The position numbers and the translations under genes are program-made. A stretch of DNA of 64,000 nucleotides. Source: Macrostomum lignano. Its lineage: Eukaryota. Under the pieces are notes generated by a model. The model made no database searches and was not told the origin of the DNA. It saw nothing but the letters and a program-made list of their open reading frames with translations. This document shows, piece after piece, positions 20,701-33,971 of the stretch (position 1 is the stretch's first letter; every line of letters starts with the position of its first letter). Location of the stretch: assembly GCA_002269645.1 (NCBI GenBank), contig NIVC01000030.1, positions 1 through 64,000 on the forward strand, read 5' to 3'.

Positions 20701-21400
20701 TCAGAAGGCAGCAAGGGAGAGAGAGATAAGAATAACAAGATTGAGCTCGACAGAGAGAGAGAGAGAGAGAAAACAGAGTAAACAGAGACAAGTGAAGGTG
20801 AACTAAGAAATGACTAGGAAAATCGCGACAAGAGGGCAGGCTGCTTCAAAGGCAGTGGTGATCGCCCCGCCCAGGGAGGAGGCGAGATCTCCACCACCTG
20901 GCAGTCAGAGAGGTCACTGTGGGGGGGGGGGGTCAAGATCCCGAAGGCCGCGGCTCAGCTTCGAGCCAAAGGCGGCCCAATCGGTATTCCTGACGTTCCG
21001 ACTCCAAGTGACCTTAGGCTTTTCCTTGGTCGGCCCAATGCAAAAGCGGATAAAGCGGTGGTCCGTGAGCGAGTCCTCATCCCACACTCGCCAGCCCGTG
21101 ACTGCGGAAAGCAGTCCGGGTGAAGCGATGGTGGTGTCGATGACTTCGGCCCACCGCCCATTATTGAACGTTGGTGCATTGCCCACGTTACAGAAAAATT
21201 GAGGTTTGTGCTGCTGACACAGGCCAGCGGCTCCTCGCCTCTGTTATTGGTGTTCCTGCTGCCCCAATGCAGGTGCTGTGCGTTCACATCCCATGCAATG
21301 AGCAGCTCAAACCGACGGGACGCGGCGTAGTCAATGAGGTTGACTAGCGCGTCGCAGACTACTGGGGCATCGCCTGGGAAATAGGCAGATGCTACCAGCA
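17790..21400 (-). pseudogene. LINE ORF2 (EN-RT-RH), frameshifted
   Basis: Fragments 20955-21401, 20914-21186, 19132-20304, 18365-19057, 17855-18262; RT motif reads YDDD; 16-bp duplication near 19111-19142. Confidence 0.88.
20500..20830. mobile_element. Solo LTR (331 bp) inserted in LINE ORF2
   Basis: TGTAGAG...CGACA termini with perfect 5-bp TSD AGAGG (20495-20499, 20831-20835); removing it restores the frame EAACPLKAYKGKKSAPWWNPEL. Confidence 0.9.
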
Positions 21401-21449
21401 CAGGTTTATTGGGAATGGGCGAGGGGTTGGGCCCAGCTGGGACGTCCCC

Positions 21450-23567
21450 ACCCTCCCTGGACGAGCTGGTGCGCCTAGGCGTCCCGGCGACCTCTCGCCT
21501 CCGCTTGGTGATTTTGGTGGTGCGGACCGCCTCAGCTGCGCGCTGGTACAGCCGCGCCGCTTGGTGCTGCGCGCTGGGCGTCGGTCGCCTCCGCCCTCAG
21601 CAGCGCGCTCAGCTTTTCCCGCGCGACCGTGCTGCCGGGCGGGGCGGTTTGCTTTGGCAGCCTGGGCAGAAGCTCGCGCCTCGGCCCCGGCTGCCTCAGC
21701 ATTCCGCCCGCCCTGCTCACTGCCACGGGGAGGGTCGGCCTCGTAGGAGCGGATGCGCAGCTTCCAGAGGCCGACGTTGATGAAGTTGCCGTGTGGATAG
21801 CGCCTCATCCAGGCGTCCGACAGCCCCAGGATGGCTGTGAAGCCAGTGCCGTCGGTGCGCTTAAGGGTGTCATGCACCACTAGGCCCGCGGCGGGAAGCT
21901 CCCGGTTGACTGCTAGCAGTCCTTTCCGGAGCTCGTCAGCAGAGGTAACGACGCTCCTGGCCGGAACCCAGATTCGATGCCTCTTGGTCCGGGGCGCTCG
22001 TCCTCTCTGCAGAAGGCTAAGTTGAGGTCCCAGCTCTGCTCGGGCAGCAGCTCAAGGAGCCGCCGACCCGAGTCAGCATCACTGGGCCAAATGAGAAGGC
22101 ACGAGTCCCTCGACGCATTCGAATGAATGTTCAGAGGCGTGCCCTTCAGAGTTTGCTTCCACAGGAGGCCATCAATGGCAACTCTCACCTGCTTCAGCTG
22201 GTCGGGAGACAGGCGCGCATGAAGAGTTTGGTCGGGTGGTGATCAGACACCCGAAAACTCCCACTTCCAGACACTTTAAGCCTGGGAACAAAATAGGGTG
22301 TAGTGCACTTACTGGTGCGGGCTCCTCTTCGTTGTAGGGCAGGTTCTCCGAGCTCGTTTCTTCAAATCTTTTTCTCCGGAGGAATCTTTTTGAGGTCTAG
22401 AATCGGCCGAAGGTGAGAGCGTAACAGTGAAATTGACGTCGCAATATTTCATCGAGTGCGGGAATCAATATATTTTTCGAGTGTCAAATCAATATCAATA
22501 GTGCGCCCTAAAAAAACAACTTCTAACACGAGGTCCTCCAAAAGGGGCGTCTTCTTCTAGAAGTAACAGAATCGGACTAGTGTGCTCCTACCGGTTAATC
22601 TAGGATAATCCTAATAAACAATCAATAATCCTCTAAGGGTATCGGAATCGGTCCGCAGATCCTATCCAGTCCCTTAGGAAAATGGGAGGCCTCAAATTCA
22701 AAGGACTCAGTAAAATCAACTGATCAACAATAACGGCCGGCAATAAAATCGCTCTCAGTAATCCAAATACCAAAGGCTCCAACAAAGGCTCACCAATTGG
22801 TTTACTTCTCCCTCAGAGATGTAGCCTCGAGTTGCTTCTGCAGTAAGCTCAAGATGTCTTGAGGCTTGCTCCGAGTCTGAGATTTCAGCTCGGATTGTGC
22901 TTTGTATTTATAGTCAAACTTAGTATATTATTAGTAACTTTGCTCAGATTTCATCATATTTCATCATGGTTGTAATCGTGATTCATATTTCATCATACGT
23001 TGTAATTTGATTCATACCTCATCATAAGTTGTATTCATGGTCTTAAAAATAGAGTATGACAATTTGCAATTTTAAAGCATTCAAGTTTTTCGAATTTTCA
23101 TGTTACTACTTACAGTAGCTCGTAGTTTACTCTGTATCGTATTTGGAGATTTCTACACGCGTCCTTCCCCAGAATGACAACTGCCGGTTGCCTCTTTGCC
23201 GCATCAGCGTGGGAGGCCCGGGGGTCGGTGGAGCCTTCTTCAGGTGGGCTGTCTAGGGCCATCGCCCCAGATTGGGAAGCTTCCGCTGCCGCGGGCCGTT
23301 GGCCCCTGGCGCCGGTTAGGCTTCCGCCCTCCTTGGCCCGCCTCGCCTTATTCAGCCGACGGTGGGCAGCTCCAGAGGTGGTGCTCAGCTGCTTGGCAGC
23401 TGGAGTAGCAGGTGTCTTCTCGGAGACACCGCTCAGAGTTGGCTCCACGGGTCTCGCCGAGGCGTCCCCGATGGTAGCAGGTGGTATGGCCGCGGAGTCC
23501 ACGGCCCCAGCAGAGGCCGGAGGCACTGTGTCATCCACAGCCGGTTGATTTCTTCGGCTAGAAGCCA
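21450..23567 (-). pseudogene. LINE ORF1, split by the 22240-23157 insertion
   Basis: MASSRRNQ...AVVILGKDA continues as PDQTLHARLSPDQLKQVRVAIDGLLW on the other side of the insert, directly upstream of the EN domain. Confidence 0.7.
22240..23157 (-). mobile_element. Solo-LTR-like insertion (~918 bp) in LINE ORF1
   Basis: Sense termini TGTAG...ATCA and TATAAATACAA (TATAAATA at 22905-22912) echo the big gypsy LTR; no clean TSD. Confidence 0.65.
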
Positions 23568-24398
23568 TTGGCTGGAAGTAAAAAGGTGGGACTTCCTGCA
23601 GAACACAGGCAAAGAGTCGCAAGGCCGCAACCCCAAACCAAGCGGCAAGTCCCCAAAAATAAAAATACCACCCTGCGGGGGGACCCAAAAGTGCAAGGGG
23701 AACGAACCGTTAGCGACCAGACTACTCCCTAGCCAAGCGTCCATCAGCACGGAGTTACACTGGGACATCAGAGGGTGCGTTTATATGGTCACACCAGGAC
23801 CCGGCGCAAACGAATCAGCTCGGCAAGGCCCAAGAAGGCCTGCCTTAACAACCACGGGACGAGTAACCATCGTAGTGCGCCTTGCAGGTGAAATTCAGGA
23901 GACGGAGTCTCTTGAGCTATCAGCCCGCCAAGGGAGGCAGGTGTGAGTATCGCTGGCTGGGATAAGGGCCATACCAGTTTCATACTGCACAGCTATTTCA
24001 CCACGCCATTGCGTGCAGGATCCGGGGTCCTGGGGGCAACAGCCCCGGCTATTACTGTAAGTAGTTGCTACAAGAGTTCCAAAAGTCGTGAATATCTTAA
24101 TATTACGGGCGCATGTGAGCAGTGCCATGGTTTTACAATCACCCGGCTCAGAAACGTGCAAATATGAAAACAATTGCATGCAAGCATAAAATTAGCTGGA
24201 CATCTGATACTCGTATATAGCATTGGCTGCATAATTCCTAAACCGTACCAATGAATAATGTATCATACAAGTAGACTTGCTTTTACACTACTTGAAGTAG
24301 TTCAGGCTAGGGAAATGTTAGTAGTTGGAATTGACAACAAGTTTATGGATTTCTATTCAAGTAAAGAGCAAGGACAGAGCAAGGCCAGATTCTGCACC

Positions 24399-25254
24399 TT
24401 TGGTTTTGTCTCGCATAGAGACGCCTAACCGCAGTCACTCCTGTGAAACTTGTCTCTGCCTGGCTGAAAGCTTGTAATGAGTGAGTAGGCTGGGTTGGAG
24501 GGTAATAGTGGATCGGGAAGGGCTGTGGGTAGCTGTATAGGAAGGCAGGCCTATACCTGTACCAAGTTGCTCTGACGGTATCCCTCAGGCGCCCTCTGAG
24601 CGTACAGCCAGCGACCCTATTAAAGCTGGAGTGTGCCAGAACCAGGACTGAGTCTGAGCAGGACGAGACCGTTGGCACGGTCACTATAAAAATGGCGGGT
24701 TGGCGAAGCAAAGGGTGAAATAGTCCCGGCGAATAGCCCTCCTGCCGCTTCAAAGATAAGAGACTGTCTGTTGGCAAGAGTACCCGGGGTTTAGTTGGGG
24801 GGGGAGGCTCCTTCGGGTGGCCACGGCCGTGGGGGCGGTCTTATGACCGGTGTTTTGGCCTTTCTAACCCTGGAGAAGGCACGGGCTCCCCTGAATGGTT
24901 CTCTCTCCCCCCTCTAGCCTCGGGGAGGTTTATGATTTGTACCCGGGGGTGGTGGGCGGTCGGCCCCAGCATGGTAGCCACGGCTCTAGGCCTTCGGGCC
25001 ATCCCTAATAGGCTTGGGTCTATCTAATCTGGTTTTTGGGCACGGGCTTCCTGACTGGTATGTCGTTCCGCTGTCACTGTCCCCCGGGGAGGTTGGTTTT
25101 TTTGATACAGCCCTGTACAGTCCTCTATAGTCTAACTTGGCTTTTAGTGTACATTAGTACACTCCCTATCAGGAAACTCATTTATGTCTAGTGGCGTAAG
25201 AGCCTATTTCAATGGCTGAGGCGCCGGAGTACTTATTTAGTTAGTTAGTTAGTT
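24399..25254 (+). mobile_element. Non-coding retroposon-like insert with (TTAG)n tail and 21-bp TSD
   Basis: AGCAAGGCCAGATTCTGCACC at 24378-24398 and 25255-25275; TTAG x5 directly before the right copy. Confidence 0.7.
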
Positions 25255-25929
25255 AGCAAGGCCAGATTCTGCACCAAACCCGACTCCGTCATCATCATGG
25301 CCGGGGCCTGCCAGCGAAAGTGCAAACACAGCGTCACGGGTATCGGCGACCAGGAAGGTGTCAAAATTTCCCTGGCGCTGGCACCTCGGGGCGCGGAGGC
25401 CCAACAGCAGCAGAAAGCGCCAAAAAAGTGCCTGGCAGGCACCAGCCCTGCTACGCTGGGTCCCCTGACGGCTGCTGCGTCGGCGCGCCCGGCCCTGCGG
25501 TGCCAAGCGGACCCCAAGCCCAGTGAGGCGGGAGCGGCAACGCCGGGGAGGCAGCGGCAAAAGCGGCTCCTACGCCACAGCGGCGACTTCCAAGGCCAGC
25601 TAGAGTACCTGTAGTACCTGTCATATTCAATATAGAGAAGGACAGTAATCAAATCGACTTCCGAAAGTGGCTTGCGGCCAACTTTCAATGGTCGGCTCGG
25701 GCCACAGTTACCAGATTCCACAGAATGAGTCTTGAGACTGGATTTTCCCTGGTTTTCCCTAGCTGCCACACTCCCAGAGACCACCAGAGACCACCCAGAG
25801 AGTCCCAGAGACCGAGAGAGTCTCAGAGACCCAGAGAGTCCCAGAGACCCAGAGAGTCCCAGAGACCACCCAAAACGTGGCCGGAGCCCAGACCAGTCTT
25901 TCCCCGCTGACCGGTCTCAACAACTCATT

Positions 25930-26450
25930 CCTTCGTGGTCCGAGGGGTGCAGGTGGAGATCGGGAAAGCGGCATTCTTGAAGCACCTGCACCTGCGGGAG
26001 GATTTAGGCCTCAACGTCATCTCGGCCAGTCGCATTTCAGCCAGAACTAGTAACACACCCACTCATCTGATTAGGGTGTTTTTATCCAATACGGAGACGA
26101 CGGAAGCCTGTTTCCGAATGGGCATCATCACAAGGTACTAATGTAAATCGATCAAGACTGACGTGCCCGTCCGAGCCAAAACTGCTTGGTCATGGGTTTG
26201 GTCATAGCGTCCAGAGGTGTGGCAGCCGCACAAGAGGCTGCGACTCTGCAAACTTCGGCAAGAGAACCAACAGCAGCAAAGCCACCCGCCCCCGCACCGA
26301 AGCCGACGAATGCGTCGTCCACGTCTGGTCCGAGCGAGTCAGCTGCGAAGACGACAGCGGCGACAGCTGATGAGGGTGACTTGGCCTGACTCACTGGCCC
26401 GGGACTGCCGAGCCACATACGCCCCGCCCACGCATCACTCGGTCCTGTAA
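25930..26450 (+). pseudogene. Degenerate LINE ORF1 (gag-like) fragment
   Basis: VRGVQVEI..LGLNVISASRI..TPTHLIRVFL pattern followed by decayed Cys/His knuckle-like sequence with stops. Confidence 0.45.
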
Positions 26451-27660
26451 ATATAACTTACTACTTATAGTAGCTATTTTTTCTCTCTAAAAACAGCTGT
26501 AAATCCAATATCCATCTGGATTTCTGAGCTGAAGTACGCTCATACACTGTAACGTATAGATATGCACGGGAAAAGTAATGAACTGGAACTGGGATCAATA
26601 TGGAGGTAGAAAAGTCTGGAGGCTCACATATTTACACGGAAGAAGTATAAAAAAGATTGTCCAATAACTTTCTATACAGTCCTCACGCATTCACCTAACA
26701 AGCGCGGCACTGGATAAGATCTGTACGAACAATGGCAGGCATCCACTGCAAGTACGGGCGCATAGTTTTATGATCAAAGTTTCCGCGCAATTCTCACCTA
26801 TACTTATAGCTAGTGTGTCAAGCCTATATCTGGCGTGAAACCATTGCCAGATTCTCACTGTTCTACATCGCAGTTCCTTCCTTACTGACTTAAGCAACAA
26901 AGCTTTGTGCCAAGCCTGAGAACAACTGTATTTCTTATCAACTGTAAGCCAGCAGCGTATTAACCAGCTCTATAGGCTTCTGCCTAAAGAAGCAGCAATT
27001 GGGTAAAAGTTGGCCCTCCAAAATTACATTGTTGCACCCACGTCTGCCATCCTCGCGACCTATTGTTATTCACCTATCGCCTGCGCTCTCCGATCTGTCT
27101 ATCAAACCGTGGCTTAAGCTGCCTTGTTCTATCCCATCCCCAAAGAAGCTTCAGCTCCCCATCCCAGTGCTCCTGCTGCTCCTACTCTTTAGAGCGGAAA
27201 AAGGAAACCTTGGGCAAGGAGCGAATAAAAGCCAATGCCAGTCTGTTAGAGGAAAGAAGCTAAAAAAATTATATTGGCGTATTCAGCGACTGACAGAGTC
27301 TTTGGTACTGAGTCAGTGTAGCTATGCAAAACACAGCACCAAGTGAAAAAATGTGGCAGGCCAGCAAAAGCCAAGCTTCATCAAGTATCGTTGAAGCTGG
27401 TCAGCAACAGCAGGTGCTGCTTGGTCAGACTGGAGTCGAAGATGGACTGCAGCAGCAACAATCGATGAGGTAATTAGTGAGGCTGTCAATAGGTATTTTT
27501 TATTTTTTCAAAGAAAGATCGATCATGCAAAAACCCATAGACAACTAATTTGTAGTATACAGGATGTAAAAGTGGATTACCATCATTGCTTTAATAATAC
27601 CTCGAAGAGTTTATGCAACTACAGGTATACAATACAATTATTTGCATTTTATGAATCGAG

Positions 27661-27960
27661 GGGTTGAAGGCTAGTAGTTAAAGCGTAGGTCTCACGACTG
27701 AAGGGTCGGGGGTTCGATTCTCGAATCCACTTCAGAACAATTTGTGTCCTTGAGCCAGACACTTGACTCATGCTTCGCTTCAGTTCACCCACCCAGCTGT
27801 AAAATGGCTGCCAGCAATAGCTGGGAAAATTGAGGGTGTGTGTGGCGGCCCCCAGTCCTTGGACTGAACAGCCGTAGCTACGCAGCCTTCAGATGTGCCG
27901 CTCAATAGCTGCGGCTGAGCTGTCAGTTACCTGCCATTAGGGCGGGTGCAATCAATTATA
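27661..27960 (+). mobile_element. tRNA-derived SINE
   Basis: A-box-like AGGCTAGTAG; B-box GGTTCGATTC (27711-27720); body TGTGTCCTTGAGCCAGACACTT...CACCCAGCTGTAAAATGG resembling conserved metazoan SINE cores. Confidence 0.7.
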
Positions 27961-30900
27961 TATCATAATTGTCATATGAATCGATGAGATCATATTGCAT
28001 CATCCGCCTATTCAGATCGCAACCCGGGGGTCAACAACCGTCTCCTGAGTCTGATTTAACGCCAGGCAACCCACGTTCTGAGCAGCAGCAGCAGCAGCAG
28101 CAGAAGCAGAAAAAGCGCTTGTCAGACCAGGTGGCCAGCCTTTACGATTGGTCGTTAGGCATTCGCAGCTGCGTTCAGGTGCAAAATTACGCCCCGACCG
28201 CGTCGTTGCGACACCGGTTCCCAGTGAGAAAACTCGGCGACGCGGCCGGACTGCAAGGTTTTAGACGTTCTAAGCGAAGTCAAGGCGAAGAATTGAATGG
28301 AACCACCGGTTTTAACTGGTTTTCTGCTATTAACAAAGCGACTGCTACTGCTGATTTCATGGAGGTACGATTTTCTGTGTAATATAAAATTAGAAATACT
28401 TGTTTACAGCTTTGTATGCTGGTTTCATAGATTAGAAATGAGATGTTAACTGAAGAGTCCAACTGGAATGTAATCCACAATTTAAAAACAACCGAAAATT
28501 CTAGTCGACAGGATGTCGCGATTGCAATCACCATTTTTTCCAGAGCCTTACAATACGAGCTACTTATATTCAGGTGCTTAATTTGACTCAACCTATAAAC
28601 TTTTCAATAATTTTTCTCGAGTTCTGAGTTTTACAAACCATATCAACTTCCGGCCGGATGCTTCTAAAAATGATCTAGGAACGCTTGCTCGCGACAGTTT
28701 CCTAGAAATGACCACTTTTTTAAAGTGGTAAAAAATCCTGAATAAGGATGAGCTTCCAGCTCAAGGCAATGTTTCAGAGCATGGACAGACTTTGTTTTAA
28801 CGCTTTGAGAATAAAGAAAGTGCATAAATGAACCTGTAGTTCTTCGATTTTTTAATCTAAAAACATCGTAAAAGGTCTTCAGAGTTTGATGGGGTTTAAC
28901 ACAGGCCTGCCGAAAAAAATGTCAAAACGCCTGATGTCTGAAGTGTTAGAAGCTTTTGATCAGGAAGTGAGCGTTTTATAAAGTGGCGTCGAAATTCCGC
29001 TTACTGTGGAGATTTTCTTGAAAATGGTTTGACTTTGGTCCAATAGTCCAGTGTACCTTTAGGGCCGCCAAGTCGAGAACTGGTTTTCGTCTTACACGCA
29101 GAGAAATCCATTAATATTATATGAACTTCTGAAAAGTTGAAGCCTCAATCGACAAAAAAACTTCTGAGTAAACTAACTAAAAACGCGCTCTAATCGCAGA
29201 CGCAATCAACCTTAGCCTCGGGTGAGCAGGCGAAACCAGCTCAGCAGGGCGGTAACAAGACTATTTTTAGCAGCAAATCGAAATCCGACTCAGTGTCACT
29301 ACGACTGCTACCAACGCTACGAAGGTTGAACAGCCTAACGCTGCCGCAGGAGTCCAGCCACTATCCTCACTACCAGCTGCTTCATCGACACCAGCAGCTG
29401 GACCTTCAACAGCAAAACCAGCAGCAACAGACTAACTATCAAATGCTTCAATCCAATCATCGTTTGCGAATATGTCGCTGCGTTCGGCATCGCAGGAGAC
29501 AGATCTACATCAGCCGGCATCGAGGCCCTGTTTGTCTAGTCTGTGGCTTCGTTTTTATTGATGACGCTCACGAGGATGGCGCGGCCGGTGGTGCTAAAGA
29601 AGGTGCACAAGCCGACGATGGCGCTAATCTGCTGAGGCCATTGAGGGCGCCGCCAACTACGCCTAATGGAAGAGCATCCGCAACCAATGATGATGGATTC
29701 GACGATCAATGAGTCTGCAGAGACTGAGGAGACAGAGGGCTGAATTTGTCTTACATCTATGCCTAGCTGCCATTATTTTCATTCCACGTGCCAAGACACT
29801 AATGTTTAGAGACTGTCTGTCTGATACCAATCTCCCCCCAAAAATTACGTTCTAATAAAAACTAAATACAATTGTAGTATTAACCAACATGAAGCTCGAC
29901 GAAATGACTGGAGAGCAACGTTTTGCCACCACTTGGACATGGCCTCATCCACCAGAGTACGTGGGGCCGGTGCTTTCACAAGGTCGAAATTTCAACATCG
30001 AAGACTTCATAAGGTCAAAATTTTACAAGATCGAAATTTCACAACGACGAAAAATTAATATAACAAGAACTATGCAGTAGTTTTCTACATTTTCTACGAC
30101 GTTGTGAAATTTTGAGTTTGTGAAACACCCCCCCCCTCCCCAGTACGCGCAGAAGATTGGGCGGCCTACCAAAAGACCGTGGCGTCCACCACGATACAAT
30201 ATAAGGCTCCCACCAAGAGACAGTAAGGGCCACCTTCGAAAAAACCAAATCTACTATAAAATTGGTGTCTCTTTAGGTTTGCGGCCTCTTCAAAGATACA
30301 TAAAAATGCATGTGATGTAATTATAAGAATTATGTGCATCTGAAGGAATCCGATCAAGTAAATACTTTCTAGCTGACCCCGCATCGTTTCTTAGATTCTA
30401 CAGAATGCTTATTAAGCTATACTGTTTATTTAATTGCTGAGAGTAGAGTACTGCAGGATTCAGGGAAATTTATTGAATTGTCTCAATTTTCCCGTACTGA
30501 ATTGTCAGTTAAATTCAGGTGAACTTTACACTACAATTACTTTGTACGAGTACATATAACTTAGGTACACTGTATCACTGTATACTGTATATATACACTG
30601 TATAGCTACTATATACACTGTATAGCTATATACAGTGGTCCTTGTGCCGCAGCTGAGATGAGCGCTACGTGTGCAGTTTTTCAGCAGGACATTACGAAAA
30701 AATTTAAATTTTAAATAAAATAAATAACTTACCAATTTTATGATACATGGAATTTTTGTTCACGCAATGCAACAAAAGAACCATGCTAGAAAAACTAAAA
30801 GTTACCGTTGTACAACACCTGCAGCCAGCGTCCTACAAGCAAATTAATAAATATACATTATGTGGCGTACATGTAATTTCAGATTAATTTTCTCTAGTTA

Positions 30901-32178
30901 TAGTCCAGGTCTCTAGCTAGAAACTGTACATGCCCATGTAATATAACGCAGCTTAATTATACGAACTGTACATTTTTAATTCATATATCAAGAACAACAT
31001 CAGCTATATCACAGCACATTCGCTTAACATATTGAAGCGGCTTGCGAGTGGTAGCTAGTATAGCAAGCGAGCAAAAATATCTTGTGTATATATTTGTTCA
31101 GCATTATAGTTATTTATACATAACGAGAATTAGGGAGTTATGAGTCAGATCGAACTGGCTGGCTGGGCAAAACTCCCCAGCAGCCAGGCGTGCAGGGGCC
31201 TGTGTACAGGTGGGCCCCGCTCTCGGCCATGCACCAGTCTGGCCGCCACAATATATATTGTTATGGCTTTTCACATAACGCGTTTCTCTTTCTAATGGTA
31301 AAAGTAGAACATGTTAAAGTGGGCTTATCCCAAAATCACATGTGATAGAAAAACAATAATAAAAAATATACATGTACACTAATTAAAAAAGTTTTTATGT
31401 TTTATTTAACGTTTGTTAAAGTGACTTCTACGAAAACTACGATTCTTGGATAATTGTCAAAACTCGCTCCAAAGCAAACTTCATCCACATTTTTTACTCC
31501 TAAGCATTTCCAATCCATAAAACTCTACTGTCGCTCAAATTTAATTTAGCTCGGTACTTAATTTTCCCATTGCAATCAGAACAAGCTGTTTAGAGTGGTA
31601 TTACCATTATTGTGATACTATACTAAACAACAAAGAAGTTATCAACTTATTAGCTGGATCAACTCACTGAGGTCTGAGAACCTGACCTGACTAAACTATT
31701 CTTTATTCGGTAGCGTTTGTCAAAAAAACATCTTAGCGACTAAGGATGGATCCAGTGAGTAAAGCTGTATGCATTTTCGAAACACACTTCCTCACCTCCA
31801 CTTATTTATTCTTTTAAATTTAGTTCATTATTTATTTATTTAATTTTAGTTATTCTTTAACTAATTTAGGCCTAGTTAAATATAATATAATATAGTATAG
31901 TAACTTTTACTTTATACAGATTAATTTCAAAACTCAGTGTGCTCAATGGAGCCTACATGGCGAGATGCTTTTAAAGTATCTTGATGATAGGCCTATATAG
32001 GCTATATATATTTAATAATTTATATTTACAATAATTAAAGATGTCCTTGACCTTATTGGCTTATATATAGGGCTAGGCCTATATATCCTTATATTTTTTA
32101 GCCTTGTATATAATATAATTGGCAATCCTTTGGTTTATGATCACTATCTATTTTGCCAATTTTGGTTTATGATCACTA

Positions 32179-33971
32179 GTGTTCCGCTATAACCATAGTT
32201 AGGATCATGTCATGGTATACGCCGGAATAAAAAGTCCCCTAAAAAATCTATGCCACTTCATACTGAAATGTACGCCAAGATCCTAGGAATTTACGCCAGG
32301 TTTTCTAGGCTTTGCAACAATAAATGACCTTTTTTGCATATTACACATTTTTTAACAATAAAAATTTAACAAATGTGTGGTTTTCCTTTAAAGTAAATTG
32401 GCTTACAGATAATGCCAACAAAAATCAATTTTTTGTTTAAGTATTTTTAGAAAATTAACACAATTAGTTTGCGTGGAATTTTAAATTTTTATAAATCACA
32501 AATAGTTATGAACTTTCATCTTACAAGTTTTACGGTTTTTATGATTTTATAATAAGATTCTGAGATTACGGCGTTATGCCAACAATTGTTAATATTAACT
32601 TTAGTGTGAAGGTTGGAGTTGGCATACACTGCTTGGTGTATTTACGCCATGGCATCACGCCAAAAGTACGCCAAATATATTTTGCCTCATTTTTTATGCC
32701 AATTGTACGCCAAAAAAAGTAAAATTTTCAATTGTATGCTAGAAATTTCTGGCGTAATATACATTATCCTGACTATGGCGCTGTAAGGAGGGTCCATGTA
32801 CCATAGCCACCACAGTTTGGATCGTGTAGTAGTGACACTGGAACAAGAATCCTATCTCAGCTAAATGTACGCCAGTGTACACCAAAAACAAAAAAATTCC
32901 CTAAACTATATGCCAAAAATTCTTCCTTCTTTAAAAAAGGTCATTCAGTTTTCACAAGTAGAGTTTTCTAAGAAAGGCTTTCATACAAAAATTCTTTTAA
33001 ATATTATAAATATTTTTATTTTAAACAAACATAAATTAAACCTACAGAAAAAGAATGTAAAATTTACATTCTTAGCAATAGTTTACACAAGTTTTATTCA
33101 TTTTTAATTTTAATAAAAGCAAAAAGTTTATCACTGACTTTCTAGACTATACAAATTTTCCTTCAATTTATGTAAAAACTAAAAAGGGTTAATTTACATT
33201 ACAATTTTTATATACGGCATGAATTTATTCACCAAAATTGGTATGCCAAAAATTTCTTGAGCTCAGTGGTATGCCAAAGTGGTATGCCAAAATAGCCACA
33301 CTTTTCAATGGTACGCTAGAAAATTCTGGCTTACATGTAACCTTCTTGAGTGTGGCATAGCCGTAGCAATAAGCAAAACTATGGCTTACTCCAATTCTCT
33401 GTATTCCATAGCTGTAGGGACCCCAAAATTACCATATTCCCATAGTTCCTATAGCTGTAGCCATAGTTTTAACAAAATTCAAAAAGTCTAAAAAAACAAA
33501 ATATTTTGAATCAAAAAGATAACCTAGTGCTTAAACAACTGCAAATTAAATTAGAAAATAAAAGAAACACTTAATTGTCTTTGTAAGATTATGTTTCGTC
33601 TTTTTTCAGAGCAACAATACTTACTTGTTATTGAAAGTACTAACGCTAAACTTTTTCACATTAATAAAAATTAGAGTTTGCTAGTGTTTTATTATACTTA
33701 TTAGGTATATTTTATAAGTTTTTAGGTTGATAATACAGTTTACTGAAAGTGTCTTTGTTTTACTCTAACTGTTTCTAATATTTTTTCAATTTTAACATTA
33801 ATGACTATAGCTATGGGAATCTACGGAATGTGACAGCAACTACCATATTTCCGTAGTCATAGCCATAAAAGCAGCTAGCTACCATGGGCATATCCGTAGC
33901 TATTGTAGGCACCTATTTTACCGTATTTGCTGTAGGATCCCTTAGCCATAGCTACGGCTACGGCGGAACAC
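32179..33971. mobile_element. MITE-like element, TIR GTGTTCCGC, flanked by TA
   Basis: TAGTGTTCCGC at 32177 and GCGGAACACTA ending at 33973; subterminal GCCGTAGC-like repeats. Confidence 0.55.
32193..32778. mobile_element. Nested MITE with 18-bp TIRs and 8-bp TSD (hAT-like)
   Basis: TIRs CCATAGTTAGGATCATGT / ACATTATCCTGACTATGG (16/18); TSD CGCTATAA / CGCTGTAA (7/8). Confidence 0.65.

Larger units (their letters stand above)
17575..23700 (-). mobile_element. Degenerate non-LTR retrotransposon with AP endonuclease, RT, RNase H and C-terminal CCHC (LOA/Lian-like; clade tentative), interrupted by two solo LTRs
   Basis: EN (LVASAYFP..DVNAQHLHWGSRNTNNRGE); RT (IPKPGK..FRPISLTS, QHAFRAGRST, FLDIEGAFD, PQGGVLTP, YDDD); GTTWGL; RNase H (YTDGS, WIPGHAG..NKRADLLAK); CPFC..EH. 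Ends approximate. Confidence 0.9.

Noticed and set aside
26360-26420. CTGATGA as a hammerhead ribozyme core
   Set aside because: No downstream GAAA or matching stems
26640-27400. Possible decayed coding fragment
   Set aside because: No motif that I can assign
27661-27735. tRNA gene
   Set aside because: Has A/B boxes but no convincing acceptor stem, and continues into a SINE body
27969-29712. Gln/Ala/Thr-rich ORFs (27969-28382, 29293-29712)
   Set aside because: Low complexity, interrupted by stops and frame changes, no recognisable domain; may be decayed coding sequence but cannot be called
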